A stretch of DNA of 64,000 nt from an uncultured Candidatus Saccharibacteria bacterium (GTDB lineage Bacteria; Patescibacteriota; Saccharimonadia; Saccharimonadales; CAIOMD01), in assembly GCA_963716565.1 (NCBI GenBank), contig OY970318.1, positions 452,284 to 516,283 on the forward strand. The letters are read 5' to 3'. The position numbers and the translations under genes were made by a program. Shown piece after piece: positions 9,547-22,414 of this stretch. Within the stretch, counting starts at the first letter, position 1. Each line of letters starts with the position of its first letter. Under the pieces are notes generated by a model. That model made no database searches, was not told where the DNA came from, and saw only the letters and a list, made by a program, of their open reading frames with translations.

Positions 9547-9640
9547 TTATAACCACCTGCTGTTATTCGAACAACGTTATTATAGCTACTATAGCAATTT
9601 ATGTAAACCACTTTGCCAATAATTATCGTATAGTCTTAAT

Positions 9641-11560
9641 ATGCACTACTTTGAGGTGGCTATTGTAAAAGCCCATACGGCCAACAAACTATATACCTAT
9701 CAGTCGGATAATAAAGTTACCCCGGGCTCTGTTTTGTTAGTGCCATTCGGAGCAAAACAGATGCTAGCTATTGTAATAAACGCCTGCGATAAGCCTAGCT
9801 TCGATACAAAAGATATAGCCAGTGAGCCCTTATGTAAATTGCCAACAAATTACTTAAAGCTAATGCTTTGGATGTTTGAATACTATCCCGAAGATAATGG
9901 CCTGATAGCCAAATTATTTTTACCAAATAAACTATCACCGCCCAAAAAAGAGTCTAAGATTCAGGTAAGTGGCTTGGGTGAAGCACTGCCAAAAGCTACT
10001 GCCGAACAATTTGAAGTTCTAAAAAAAATACAAAATACTAATACTAAGCGCGTTCTGCTGCATGGCGATACCGGAACCGGAAAGACCAGAGTATTTATTG
10101 AACTTGCTAAAAATGTTTTAGAAAACAACCAATCTGTTCTTATACTAACGCCCGAAATAGGTCTTACTCCCCAACTGGTTAGCGACGTAAAGCGGTACCT
10201 AAAGTATCCAATTATTTTGACCCACTCCGAAATGTCAGAAACAAAACGACGACAGGTTTGGCTTTGGGCCTACCATAATAACAAGCCTGCAATCTTTGTG
10301 GGCCCCCGTTCGGCTTTGTTCTTACCGTTAAATAATTTGGGATTAATTATTATCGACGAAGCCCACGATAATTCATACAAGCAATTGCAATCTCCAAAAT
10401 ATAATGCCCTTCACGTAGCCGGCAAGTTAGCCGCCCTGAATAATGCAGCCTTAGTCCATAGCACCGCAACGCCTAATATCGACGACTACGAAACTGCTAA
10501 AGCTCATGATTTTTCAATATTAACCATGAGCCAGACGGCAGCCGGTAGCCAAAAAGGCATTACCCACGTAATCGATATCAGAGACCGCGACAAGTTTGTT
10601 AAGGGCCCCTACCTGTTTTCTGAGCTTATTGACGCCTCAGTTCAAGCACTCGCTCGCAAAGAACAGGTTATGCTCTATTTAAATAGGCGCGGTAGCGCCA
10701 GGCTAATTCAATGCGCTAAATGTGGTTGGCAGTCTACCTGCCCTAATTGTGACCTGCCTCTCGTTTACCATCACGATAAGTATTTAGCCAGCTGTCACAC
10801 TTGTAGCTACAATGAAAAAATCATTTCACAGTGCCCTGTGTGTCATTCAACAGATATCTTATTTAAAGTAATGGGTACGAAGTCCTTGCTAGAACATACC
10901 GCTCAACTTTTTCCTAAAGCTAAAATAATGCGCTTTGATGCCGATTCAGCTAAAGATGCTAAATATCATGACAGCATCAATGTTATTAAAAACGGCGAAG
11001 TGGATATTATTATTGGTACTCAGCTTATTACTAAGGGTATTGACCTTCCAAAACTAAGTGTTGTAGGCGTCATTAATGCCGACAGTAGTCTAAATTTGCC
11101 CGATTACAAGGCCGAAGAAACTACTTTTCAGCAGCTATATCAAGTTACCGGCCGAGCAATACGTGGCCATATAAAAAGCCAAGTTTTTATACAGACTAGG
11201 CTACCAGAACACCCTGTGATTAAAGCAGTTCAACATCGTTCCTGGGAGGATTTTTATAAATACGAGCTGACTAAGAGGGAGATGTTTTCGTATCCGCCGA
11301 TGGTGCATTTAGCAATATTAAAAGTCGCTAAAAAAACACCTTTTTTGGCCCGTAAACAAAGCCTGGCAATCTACCAGCAGCTTTCTCGGCTAAAAGGCAT
11401 CCAGCTACTAGGCCCTTCTCCAAGCTTTTACGAAAAAAGCCCCAGGGGCTATTCGTGGCAAATTATCATTAAAGCTAAAAAGCGTTCAGTTTTAGTAGAA
11501 ATAGCCAAACAACTACCCGATGACTGGACCGTAGACATCGATCCAATTAGCACGCTTTAG
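9641..11560 (+). CDS. priA: Primosomal replication restart helicase PriA
   Basis: Walker A is HGDTGTGKT and the DEAH-like box is IIIDEAHD. A Cys-rich zinc region is present (CAKCGW...CPNCD...CHTCSY...CPVCHS). Confidence 0.9.
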   Translation: MHYFEVAIVKAHTANKLYTYQSDNKVTPGSVLLVPFGAKQMLAIVINACDKPSFDTKDIASEPLCKLPTNYLKLMLWMFEYYPEDNGLIAKLFLPNKLSPPKKESKIQVSGLGEALPKATAEQFEVLKKIQNTNTKRVLLHGDTGTGKTRVFIELAKNVLENNQSVLILTPEIGLTPQLVSDVKRYLKYPIILTHSEMSETKRRQVWLWAYHNNKPAIFVGPRSALFLPLNNLGLIIIDEAHDNSYKQLQSPKYNALHVAGKLAALNNAALVHSTATPNIDDYETAKAHDFSILTMSQTAAGSQKGITHVIDIRDRDKFVKGPYLFSELIDASVQALARKEQVMLYLNRRGSARLIQCAKCGWQSTCPNCDLPLVYHHDKYLASCHTCSYNEKIISQCPVCHSTDILFKVMGTKSLLEHTAQLFPKAKIMRFDADSAKDAKYHDSINVIKNGEVDIIIGTQLITKGIDLPKLSVVGVINADSSLNLPDYKAEETTFQQLYQVTGRAIRGHIKSQVFIQTRLPEHPVIKAVQHRSWEDFYKYELTKREMFSYPPMVHLAILKVAKKTPFLARKQSLAIYQQLSRLKGIQLLGPSPSFYEKSPRGYSWQIIIKAKKRSVLVEIAKQLPDDWTVDIDPISTL

Positions 11561-11586
11561 ATTATCTCTGTTATACTTCTATTGTT

Positions 11587-12168
11587 ATGCCAGAATCTAC
11601 TCACGACAACATCATTTCTCTGCCAAATAATCATTTACGCCAACGTTCTAAAAAAGTTGGTATCGTAACTGACGAAGTTTTGGCCTTAATTGAGCAAATG
11701 AAAACCGCTACACTAGATTGGGAAAATAGCCGAGAGTACGAAGTGGGCGTTGCTTTGTCGGCAGTACAGCTAGATCATCTTGCAAGAATTGTGATAATCA
11801 GAGACGATTTTGAGACAAAAGACAACAAAAACTTCACGGTCTTTGTTAACCCGGTAATTACAAAATACGAAGGCGAAATTATTGAAGACTACGAAGGTTG
11901 TTTGAGCGTAAAAGACATATACGGCCGCGTTCCTCGTTATAAGCAAGTTAGGGTTAAGGCCTACGATGTTGAAGGCAGGGAGTTCCGCCTAAAGGCAAAT
12001 GGGTTTTTTGCTAGAGTCATTCAACACGAAATAGATCATACTAACGGAATTTTGTTTATTGACCACATTAAAAATAAGCCTGATGCTTTTTTTGAACTAG
12101 ACAACGATGGTCATCTAAAGGAAATAGACTATGACAAAGTCGTCAAAAACTCTCGTATTCTTTGGTAG
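11587..12168 (+). CDS. def: Peptide deformylase
   Basis: The EGCLS and QHEIDHTNG motifs are present. Confidence 0.9.
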   Translation: MPESTHDNIISLPNNHLRQRSKKVGIVTDEVLALIEQMKTATLDWENSREYEVGVALSAVQLDHLARIVIIRDDFETKDNKNFTVFVNPVITKYEGEIIEDYEGCLSVKDIYGRVPRYKQVRVKAYDVEGREFRLKANGFFARVIQHEIDHTNGILFIDHIKNKPDAFFELDNDGHLKEIDYDKVVKNSRILW

Positions 12169-13039
12169 CGGCAGTTTAGCGGCCCAATGTTTGGAACTAT
12201 TAGTAAAAAACTTTAGCTTTGAGGCTGTTATTACAAAACCCAACATCAGCTGCGGTTCCAGTTCTAATACGGTTGAAAATGTAGCCACCAAAAACAATAT
12301 AAATTTGCTATTTGCCAATAACACCCAGCAGCTAGATGAATTATTTGCTGAGTGGCAGCCAGTTAGCTTGACTGGCTTAATAATCGACTATGGCATAGTT
12401 ATTGGCCAATCAGTTTTGAATAGTTTTGAGCTGGGAATTATCAATAGTCACTTTAGCCTGCTGCCAGAATGGCGTGGGCCCGATCCTATCACTTATGCTC
12501 TGCTTTCCGGGCAAACCAAGACTGGCATCAACTTAATGAAAGTTGCCACCAAAATCGACCAGGGTGAAATATTATGCCAACAGACAGTACAAATAGAAAC
12601 CGGCGATGATAACCGAAGCTTGAGTGATAAGCTAGTTATCGCCAATGATCAGCTGCTAATTGCTAATTTGCCCAAATATTTAGATAACGAACTCATACCT
12701 ACGCCACAGAATAACCTGCCGATTACTTATTCGCGCAAAATCGATAAAAATGATGGTTGTATAGATTGGAATAAACCGGCACCAATAATTGCCAGAGAAA
12801 TAAAAGCTTTTTCTGCCTGGCCTGGTAGCTACACTAATATTGGTAATTTAAGAATCATCATCCGCCAGGCCGTTGCCGTTAGCGACGATTTACAACCTGG
12901 CAAGTGGCTTATCACGCCCGAAAAGCAAATTGTTATTGGATGTCGTGTAGGCGCCTTAAAAATTCTTTTGATTCAGCCCATTAATAAAAAGCCAATGACG
13001 CCCCAAGATTTTATTAACGGTTATAAAAATTATCTATAA
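12131..13039 (+). CDS. fmt: Methionyl-tRNA formyltransferase
   Basis: The 302-aa ORF has a formyltransferase N-domain (NSHFSLLPEWRGPDPI) and the classical def-fmt arrangement. It overlaps def by 38 nt. Confidence 0.85.
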   Translation: MTKSSKTLVFFGSGSLAAQCLELLVKNFSFEAVITKPNISCGSSSNTVENVATKNNINLLFANNTQQLDELFAEWQPVSLTGLIIDYGIVIGQSVLNSFELGIINSHFSLLPEWRGPDPITYALLSGQTKTGINLMKVATKIDQGEILCQQTVQIETGDDNRSLSDKLVIANDQLLIANLPKYLDNELIPTPQNNLPITYSRKIDKNDGCIDWNKPAPIIAREIKAFSAWPGSYTNIGNLRIIIRQAVAVSDDLQPGKWLITPEKQIVIGCRVGALKILLIQPINKKPMTPQDFINGYKNYL

Positions 13040-13042
13040 AGA

Positions 13043-13360
13043 CTAATCAGATTTGCTAGCTTCAACAATTTGCGATGCCGTTGCTTTAACTTCAGATTTC
13101 AACTTTTCGAGTTCCGACATCACAACATCTTTGTAATCTGGCACGTTTGTCTCTAACCATTTCAGCGAAGCTGCTTCGTCATTAGCATCGGCTAATTTTT
13201 CAAACTCATCTAACTGAGCATCACTCATATTTTCAGCTAATTTCATACCTACTCTTAACTCAAGTGTCTCATAGATATGGGCCAACATCTTGCCTTTTTC
13301 AACCTCTGGAAGCTCGCTTAAACCAATATCGGCTAAAAAGTTGTTATCTAATTTAAACAT
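13043..13360 (-). CDS. Hypothetical small acidic protein
   Basis: The 105-aa ORF has coding-like composition. I recognise no catalytic motif. It resembles the short acidic conserved hypotheticals common in CPR genomes (inference). Confidence 0.5.
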   Translation of the reverse strand: MFKLDNNFLADIGLSELPEVEKGKMLAHIYETLELRVGMKLAENMSDAQLDEFEKLADANDEAASLKWLETNVPDYKDVVMSELEKLKSEVKATASQIVEASKSD

Positions 13361-13410
13361 TCTTAAGTGTCCCGCTTTCCTCTTACTATTCTAACAATAT
13401 TATAGGGCAT

Positions 13411-15180
13411 TTAAATGGTTCTCTCTCGCATTTCTTTAGTAAAGACTTCTAGCCTGTCGCCCGGTAATAAATCTACACGAGCAGAAGTAGAAATGTCCAC
13501 ACCGCACATTTCTCCAAGAATTACTTCTTTAGTATCCGTAGGACCGTGTTTTAAGTTAGTGATCTTTAGATCCTTGGCAATTAGCTTACCATCCCTGTAG
13601 GCATTAGCGTATGCCGGGCACACTAGCCGGCCTTTTGTAACTTCACCACCGCATATAATCTCGGTCTTTGTGGTCTTAAACACTCCTTTAACAACTAGTC
13701 GACCCTCTTCTGTTATCACCTCTTCGGGCTCTAGCAGGTTGCTCATTTCTTGCTTAGCATCGTCTAGCAATTCATAGATGATTTTAAACAATCTTACTTT
13801 AGTTTTATCACGATTAACTAGACGCTTAATGCTATCTGGCAGGCTCACCTGAAAACCATAAATAATAGCATTCGTAGTATTGGCCATACGCACATCATTT
13901 TCATTTATTACGCCAACACCAGTTCCAACTATTCTAATAGCAACCTCTTCAGTGTTTAGAGTCTTTAGACAATCCACTACAGAAGTTAGCGAACCCTGTA
14001 CGTCGGCCTTAATAACCACATTCAGCTCTTTTACCAAAGTCTTTTGATTAATCATCCTAATTAGCTCACCGCCAGTCATGTCTAGCCGTCCGCCAGAGCC
14101 TGGCTTGTTCTTAAGAGACTTCGAAGATAAATTTTTAGCGTCTTTTTCGTTTTTAACAACAATAAATTCATTACCGAACTCTGGCAACATTTTAAAACCG
14201 CTTATAATTACTGGCGTAGAGGGCCCCGCTTGGTCGATCTTACGACCGTTGGCGTCTTCTAGCAGTTTAACTTTTGCATAAGTACAGCTGGCAACAATAT
14301 AATCGTTTTTTCTTATAGTCCCTTGCTGGATTAGCGCAATAGCTACGGGCCCACGCCCTTGTTCCATGTGCGATTCTATAATTAGGCCCTCACCCGGCAC
14401 GTCAACGTCTGCCTTTAGCTCCTCTATATCAGACACCAGCAGAATCATATCTAGCAATTTATCAATACCTTCTTTGGTTTTAGACGAGACTGGCACCATC
14501 ACCGTATCTCCGCCCCATTCTTCAGGAGTCATTTTCTGTTCAACCAATTGCTGCTTTACTTTATCTAAATTCGAGCCCTCTTTATCAATCTTGGTTATGG
14601 CTACAATTATCTTTAGCCCAGCTTTTTGAGCAAAACGGATTGCTTCTAAAGTTTGAGGTTTAACACCATCATCGGCAGCTACGACTATCACAACAACGTC
14701 GGTTAGATATGCACCATGTTCCCTTAGGGCAGCGAATGCTTCGTGTCCGGGGGTGTCAAGAAAAGTTATTAGACGATCTTTATGATTTACTTGGTAAGCA
14801 GAAATATGCTGGGTTATTCCGCCAGCTTCATGAGCGGCTATATCAGTCTGCTTAATGACATCGAGCAGGCTGGTTTTGCCATGATCAACATGCCCCATCA
14901 CTGCCACTACCGGTGGCCGAGTTGTAGCCTTCTTGCTATAAACCCTGTCTTTTTTAGTTGCGACTTGGGCGTCTGCTTTTTGGCTCGAAGGCGCGAGGCT
15001 GATATCTAGCCCCAATTCATCAACCAATATCTTGGCAGTATCACTATCAATTTTTTCATTGATAGTTACCATAACGCCGTTCTTAAACAATTCAGCAATT
15101 AATTTTGTTGCGGGTATAGAAAGCTTCTCCGCTAAAGCTCCTACGGTTATCATGTCGTCGATTTCGATTGAGCGTGCCAT
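13411..15180 (-). CDS. infB: Translation initiation factor IF-2
   Basis: The G-domain motifs are [17 protein letters not shown] and TKID. The protein is 589 aa with a short N-terminus. Confidence 0.93.
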   Translation of the reverse strand: MARSIEIDDMITVGALAEKLSIPATKLIAELFKNGVMVTINEKIDSDTAKILVDELGLDISLAPSSQKADAQVATKKDRVYSKKATTRPPVVAVMGHVDHGKTSLLDVIKQTDIAAHEAGGITQHISAYQVNHKDRLITFLDTPGHEAFAALREHGAYLTDVVVIVVAADDGVKPQTLEAIRFAQKAGLKIIVAITKIDKEGSNLDKVKQQLVEQKMTPEEWGGDTVMVPVSSKTKEGIDKLLDMILLVSDIEELKADVDVPGEGLIIESHMEQGRGPVAIALIQQGTIRKNDYIVASCTYAKVKLLEDANGRKIDQAGPSTPVIISGFKMLPEFGNEFIVVKNEKDAKNLSSKSLKNKPGSGGRLDMTGGELIRMINQKTLVKELNVVIKADVQGSLTSVVDCLKTLNTEEVAIRIVGTGVGVINENDVRMANTTNAIIYGFQVSLPDSIKRLVNRDKTKVRLFKIIYELLDDAKQEMSNLLEPEEVITEEGRLVVKGVFKTTKTEIICGGEVTKGRLVCPAYANAYRDGKLIAKDLKITNLKHGPTDTKEVILGEMCGVDISTSARVDLLPGDRLEVFTKEMRERTI

Positions 15181-15237
15181 TTTCGACTACCTCCCGCTAA
15201 CTAGCCTTAGATTAATAGATAAACACCAGGTAATGGA

Positions 15238-16143
15238 TTAAACGTCTTTTAAGCTTAGGGCAATTTTTCTGGCTTCTTTATTTACATCGATAACCTTAAA
15301 TTGCTTCTTTTCATTAAGTTTAAAAATCTTTTCTGGATCAACACTATCGTCGCCGCTATCAGTCATCTCCGAGACATGGACTAAGGCTTCTACCGATGGC
15401 GTTAACTGAACAAAGGCGCCAAAGGGAGTAATCCTAGTAATGGTCCCCTCTACAGTTTTACCCTTCTTTACTTTTTCGACATCTTTTAGCCACGGATCTT
15501 CGGACATTTGCTTTAGACTCAGGCTCAACCTATCTTTGTCGATGGCGATTATCTTAGCTTTAATTTTATCGCCAGTTTTAACGTATTTACGTGGGTCTTC
15601 AACTCTTTCCCAGGATATTTCTGAAATATGTATTAGGCCTTCAATGCCATCAACATTTATAAAGGCACCAAAATCGATTACCCCAGTTACTGTACCTTCT
15701 ACGGTATCGCCAACCTTTAGTTCGGCAAAGCGAGCTTGCATATCGTCTTTAATGGCTTCTTTTTCGCTAAATATCAATTTATTATCTTTTCGGCTGGCAT
15801 CTAATAGCCTAACCCTTAATGGTCGCCCGACTAAAGAATTGAGTTTTTGTAAGATTTCGTCCTTGTCGGCTCCGGTAACCCTTGGATAATGATCAGCGCT
15901 CAGTTGGCTAACCGGCAAGAATCCCCTGATACCTTCTAGTTCGATTAATAAACCACCCCTATTTGCGTCATAGGGAGTTATTTCGATAATTTCCTGGCTA
16001 TCCAAGACCCTCTTTAGCTCATCCCATCCGCGATCCTTGGCGGCCTTTCTTAGCGACATTAGAGCATGGCCATCTTCTACCTCTGGCTCTACTACGCTAG
16101 CACTGACCTTGTTGACCGACCTCAAGGACTTGACCATGGCCAA
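15238..16143 (-). CDS. rpsA: 30S ribosomal protein S1, domains 2-4 (main fragment of a frame-disrupted gene)
   Basis: Repeated S1 OB-fold motifs are present (GFLPVSQL, GTVTGVIDFGAFINV, GTITRITPFGAFVQL). Confidence 0.85.
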   Translation of the reverse strand: MAMVKSLRSVNKVSASVVEPEVEDGHALMSLRKAAKDRGWDELKRVLDSQEIIEITPYDANRGGLLIELEGIRGFLPVSQLSADHYPRVTGADKDEILQKLNSLVGRPLRVRLLDASRKDNKLIFSEKEAIKDDMQARFAELKVGDTVEGTVTGVIDFGAFINVDGIEGLIHISEISWERVEDPRKYVKTGDKIKAKIIAIDKDRLSLSLKQMSEDPWLKDVEKVKKGKTVEGTITRITPFGAFVQLTPSVEALVHVSEMTDSGDDSVDPEKIFKLNEKKQFKVIDVNKEARKIALSLKDV

Positions 16144-16300
16144 TCTCTTTACGAGACACTACTCCAATACCATATGGTCCTAGGTCTAACCATATCTCAT
16201 GTTTTTTAATTGAATTCACTGCGGCTTCAATAACATCCCCAGCCTTCAAAGGCTTAAGATCACTGGCAGCCAGCAATTCATCCATGCTTATTTTTGCCAT
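16097..16300 (-). CDS. rpsA: 30S ribosomal protein S1, first S1 domain (N-terminal fragment, different frame)
   Basis: MAKISMDELLAAS...GDVIEAAVNSIKKHEIWLDLGPYGIGVVSRKEIGHGQVLEVGQQ then runs into a stop. The continuation ...VSASVVEPEVEDGHALMSLRKA is in the frame of 15238..16143. The span 15238..16300 is 1063 nt, i.e. 1 mod 3. Confidence 0.8.
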   Translation of the reverse strand: MAKISMDELLAASDLKPLKAGDVIEAAVNSIKKHEIWLDLGPYGIGVVSRKEIGHGQVLEVGQQGQC

Positions 16301-16482
16301 AACTTAATATATTACTCCTTAAAATGTATTTCCTTTAGATGGAACGCAGCCAGCAACCCCCTTTTTAGAGCAGCAATTGCAAAGCCAAAAATTCCACCGC
16401 CTGGATTGGTACTATTTAAGCGCAAAAGTCATCTGTTGTAAAGGGGCGAATTAGTTATTGGTATGTTAAACTAAAAGATATT

Positions 16483-17307
16483 ATGATAATTGCGGTTGAC
16501 ATTGGCGGAACAAAAACTTTAGTGGCCTCTTATGACAATGGCAATTTTGTTGAGCAAATAAAATTTCCATCACCAAAAGACTATCACGAATTCATTAGGA
16601 TCATAGCCGTAAATATTAAGCAGTTATCCGCCGGTCATACTCTAAAACTATTAGTTATTGGCTGCCCTGGTTTAGTAGAAAGAAAAAACGGTACGTTAAA
16701 GATAATCCCCAACTTGGACTGGCACGATAAGCCCCTGGCAGACGATTTGCACGATATCGTCAGAGATGTGCCAATTATCATAGAGAATGATGCTAATCTG
16801 GCAGCTCTTTCAGAAGCTAATAATTTAGACAAAATCGAACAAAAAGTTATTTATGTTACCTTTAGTACTGGTATCGGCACAGGCTTTGTTGAAAATGGCG
16901 TTTTGGTTCCGGGACTCTTAGACAGCGAAGGCGGCCATCTGGTCTTTGAACATAACGGTAAAAATATGGATTGGGAGTCATTTGCCGCTGGGCGAGTTAT
17001 CGTGGAAAAATACGGTAAAAAAGCGTCCGAGCTTGAAGATCCTAAGGCATGGCAAGAAATTACCCAAAATATGGCCATAGGCATTGTTGACTGTTGCGCT
17101 ATATTTCCAGCCGACACGGTTATCATTGGCGGTAGCGTTGGAACATATTTTAATAAATATCATGATTTTCTAAAATCAGCCGTTAAAGAGTTATTAAAAG
17201 ATACTGACATGATAAAGATGCCTCAAATTGTGAAGGCAAAAGAGCCCGAAGAAGCTGTTATAAGGGGCTGCATTATTCTAGCTAAACAGCAAAATGAACA
17301 GTATTGA
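16483..17307 (+). CDS. ROK-family sugar kinase (glucokinase-like)
   Basis: The N-terminus is MIIAVDIGGTKT, ENDANLAALSE is present, and the length (274 aa) fits ROK/glucokinase. Confidence 0.75.
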   Translation: MIIAVDIGGTKTLVASYDNGNFVEQIKFPSPKDYHEFIRIIAVNIKQLSAGHTLKLLVIGCPGLVERKNGTLKIIPNLDWHDKPLADDLHDIVRDVPIIIENDANLAALSEANNLDKIEQKVIYVTFSTGIGTGFVENGVLVPGLLDSEGGHLVFEHNGKNMDWESFAAGRVIVEKYGKKASELEDPKAWQEITQNMAIGIVDCCAIFPADTVIIGGSVGTYFNKYHDFLKSAVKELLKDTDMIKMPQIVKAKEPEEAVIRGCIILAKQQNEQY

Positions 17308-17761
17308 TAACCTTTTGCCGCAATTAAAAGAAGACTTCCCCAGCCTAAAGTTCGTACCAGGGGAAGATTTTCATTGGTCGCCTAGAGATAACACAATCAC
17401 CTACACCACGCATCATAGCGTCGCAGAACATGGAGTGTGGGCTCTTTTGCATGAGCTTGCCCATGCCACCCTAGGGCATATGCAGTATGATAATGATTTT
17501 GACTTGCTAAAGTTGGAGGGCGTAACTTGGCAGAAAGCTCGAGCTTTGGGCAAAAAATACCACGTTGTTATCAGCTCCAGCCACATTCAAGATTGTCTTG
17601 ATACCTATCGAGACTGGCTACATAATCGGTCTCAATGCCCAAAGTGTGGCACTGTTTCGATCCAGCGATCCGATAATTTATACCAATGCTTTAATTGCAG
17701 AACCACCTGGAAGGTGCCTCAGTCTTCCTCAAAAAGACCAACCAAGCGAATTATCAAATAA
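17294..17761 (+). CDS. Hypothetical HExxH metallopeptidase-like protein with C-terminal zinc ribbon
   Basis: HELAHATLGH (HExxH) is followed by CPKCG...CFNCR. The gene overlaps the ROK gene by 14 nt. Confidence 0.5.
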   Translation: MNSIDNLLPQLKEDFPSLKFVPGEDFHWSPRDNTITYTTHHSVAEHGVWALLHELAHATLGHMQYDNDFDLLKLEGVTWQKARALGKKYHVVISSSHIQDCLDTYRDWLHNRSQCPKCGTVSIQRSDNLYQCFNCRTTWKVPQSSSKRPTKRIIK

Positions 17762-17762
17762 A

Positions 17763-17795
17763 AGATAGAGGACGCAAAAGCGTCCTCTATCTTTA
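17763..17795. terminator. Bidirectional rho-independent terminator between convergent genes
   Basis: A 13-bp perfect stem AGATAGAGGACGC/GCGTCCTCTATCT has an AAAA loop and A/T-rich flanks. Confidence 0.7.
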
Positions 17796-17810
17796 AGTCT
17801 CTCACTGCTT

Positions 17811-18009
17811 TTAATCAGTCTTTTTTGTTCGACGACTAATCCTGCCGCCAACCCTGCCAGCTTCTCTTGCTAAATCGCGATTAGCATAAAAACCACCAGT
17901 ATGACCAATTTTGCCACCCTTGGCGCCGATTTTGGCATAAAAATCTGCACCGTAACGAGTCTTATTGGTGCTAGCAGCTATTCTTGCCGCCTTGTATTGT
18001 ACCAGCCAT
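17811..18009 (-). CDS. KGG-repeat (YciG-like) small stress protein, frame-disrupted
   Basis: This gene is absent from the ORF track. AAGGAG lies 9 nt before ATG (18009-18007). MAGTIQGGKNSC then hits a stop, and the next frame continues AASTNKTRYGADFYAKIGAKGGKIGHTGGFYANRDLAREAGRVGGRISRRTKKTD. The span is 199 nt, i.e. 1 mod 3. Confidence 0.6.
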
Positions 18010-18490
18010 AATGCTTATCTCCTTGTATATTACCTCTTAATAAAAAAAGGTCGCTCGATTTAATATCTGGTCAACCCTCTTTGTGCCTATATACTATCAT
18101 GCTTTAGCTAATTTGTCAAATACTTTATGCTTATTCTAACTAAAAAACTGCGCTCTATTTTAGCGCGGTTATTCCCGTATTCTACACACACGAGAGCATT
18201 TGTTTTAAGCGTTTGGCTATTTATGTAAAACTTTATGTCTTAATTTTTAGCCTTTTAGTTTTACATAATAAATTTTGTGACTATTTAATACTGTCATTAC
18301 AATGGTAATTATTCAAATTATTTATTCATAGATACCGGAGTTTTGTCTAAATAATTCGTTGACATATTTACATATTAGTCTACCTTATTACACCTAAAAT
18401 ATATCGGTAGGCCATGCTTTTGCTTACAAAGAATGTTTTTAGGTTGTAATAAATATAAATTGAACAAATTATCGTCGTAGGTTATCCACA

Positions 18491-18530
18491 TAGACAAAAA
18501 TAAAACCCATCCTATTTACGGACGGGTTTT
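18491..18530 (-). terminator. rRNA operon terminator
   Basis: The minus strand reads ACCCGTCC-GTAAATA-GGATGGGT followed by TTTATTTTTG, immediately after the 5S gene. Confidence 0.6.
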
Positions 18531-18536
18531 ATATAA

Positions 18537-18653
18537 TTCGGCACCGTGCTATTTTCCCAGGGCTTGATGACCCAAGTATTGTAACCGCTACTAGGCTTAA
18601 CTGCTGTGTTCGGAATGGTAACAGGTGTTTCCCTAGCGCCATGGGCACCGATA
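18537..18653 (-). rRNA. rrf: 5S ribosomal RNA
   Basis: The minus strand reads CGGTGCCCATGGCGCTAGGGAAACACCTGTTACCATTCCGAACACAGCAGTTAAGCC...GGGAAAATAGCACGGTGCCG. It has the conserved CCGAAC...GTTAAGC core and terminal helix CGGTGCC/GGCACCG. Confidence 0.85.
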
Positions 18654-18800
18654 CAAGCCCTCTCACAATGAGGGCTTCTATCGAAGTCCATAACATATCG
18701 CCAAATAACAAAGGTAACGAATGATGACAAACACAAATAGCTAGTTAGTAACCAATTTCTATCAAGATATCTTAAGACTAGCTCTCGCCATATCTGAGAA

Positions 18801-21815
<3,015 letters not shown>

Positions 21816-22069
21816 ATTGGTACTAACTAGCTATTGATGTTTGCCAAAAGCTATTAGTTGCCGTTTGTCATCTAAATTGTTAAGATTGCAAACTTAACGG
21901 GAGCAGCGTAATTATCACCGACCCCTCCAAGTTCACGCGCCAATCAAAGTTACTTAGTAAACACTTTAAAACAGCGTACAAACTCTGAGCTCACTAATAT
22001 TAGCAATTAATGCTAAACTGTAAAGACAATATCGTTGCAATATTTACTACTATTTATATCTGTTATTCT

Positions 22070-22146
22070 TGGTGGAGACACGGAGACTCGAACTCCGGAC
22101 CTCCTGCTTGCAAAGCAGGCGCTCTAACCAGCTGAGCTATGTCCCC
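22070..22146 (-). tRNA. tRNA-Ala (anticodon UGC), CCA encoded
   Basis: GGGGACATAGCTCAGCTGGTTAGAGCGCCTGCTTTGCAAGCAGGAGGTCCGGAGTTCGAGTCTCCGTGTCTCCACCA folds as a cloverleaf by eye and includes the G3:U70 identity pair. Confidence 0.92.
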
Positions 22147-22298
22147 TCGTCGGCGTTCACTGTCGGCTCTCGCAAGCTCGATTGACTCGATTAGTCAAAT
22201 GATAAAATCCATAATCATTTGGCGTTACCCCGACCTCGTCATTATATCCGGATAAAATACCGGATATATTTGACATTTTCAAGGATCAAATCCCAGCT

Positions 22299-22375
22299 TG
22301 GTGGGCGATGAGGGACTCGAACCTCCGACCTCGTCATTATCAGTGACGCGCTCTAACCAGCTGAGCTAATCGCCC
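22299..22375 (-). tRNA. tRNA-Ile (anticodon GAU), CCA encoded
   Basis: GGGCGATTAGCTCAGCTGGTTAGAGCGCGTCACTGATAATGACGAGGTCGGAGGTTCGAGTCCCTCATCGCCCACCA. Confidence 0.92.
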
Positions 22376-22414
22376 ATCAGACTAAGATTTGATATCCAAT
22401 GAATTGTCAAATAG

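Noticed and set aside
12115-12324. A minus-strand 69-aa ORF at the def/fmt junction.
   Set aside because: It is antisense to the overlapping def and fmt coding sequences and has no independent signals.
18010-18490. A possible mobile element or ncRNA in the AT-rich spacer between the KGG gene and the rRNA terminator.
   Set aside because: I could find no repeats, ORF, conserved RNA motif or convincing promoter/terminator pair. It is most simply the promoter region of the KGG gene plus rRNA downstream spacer.
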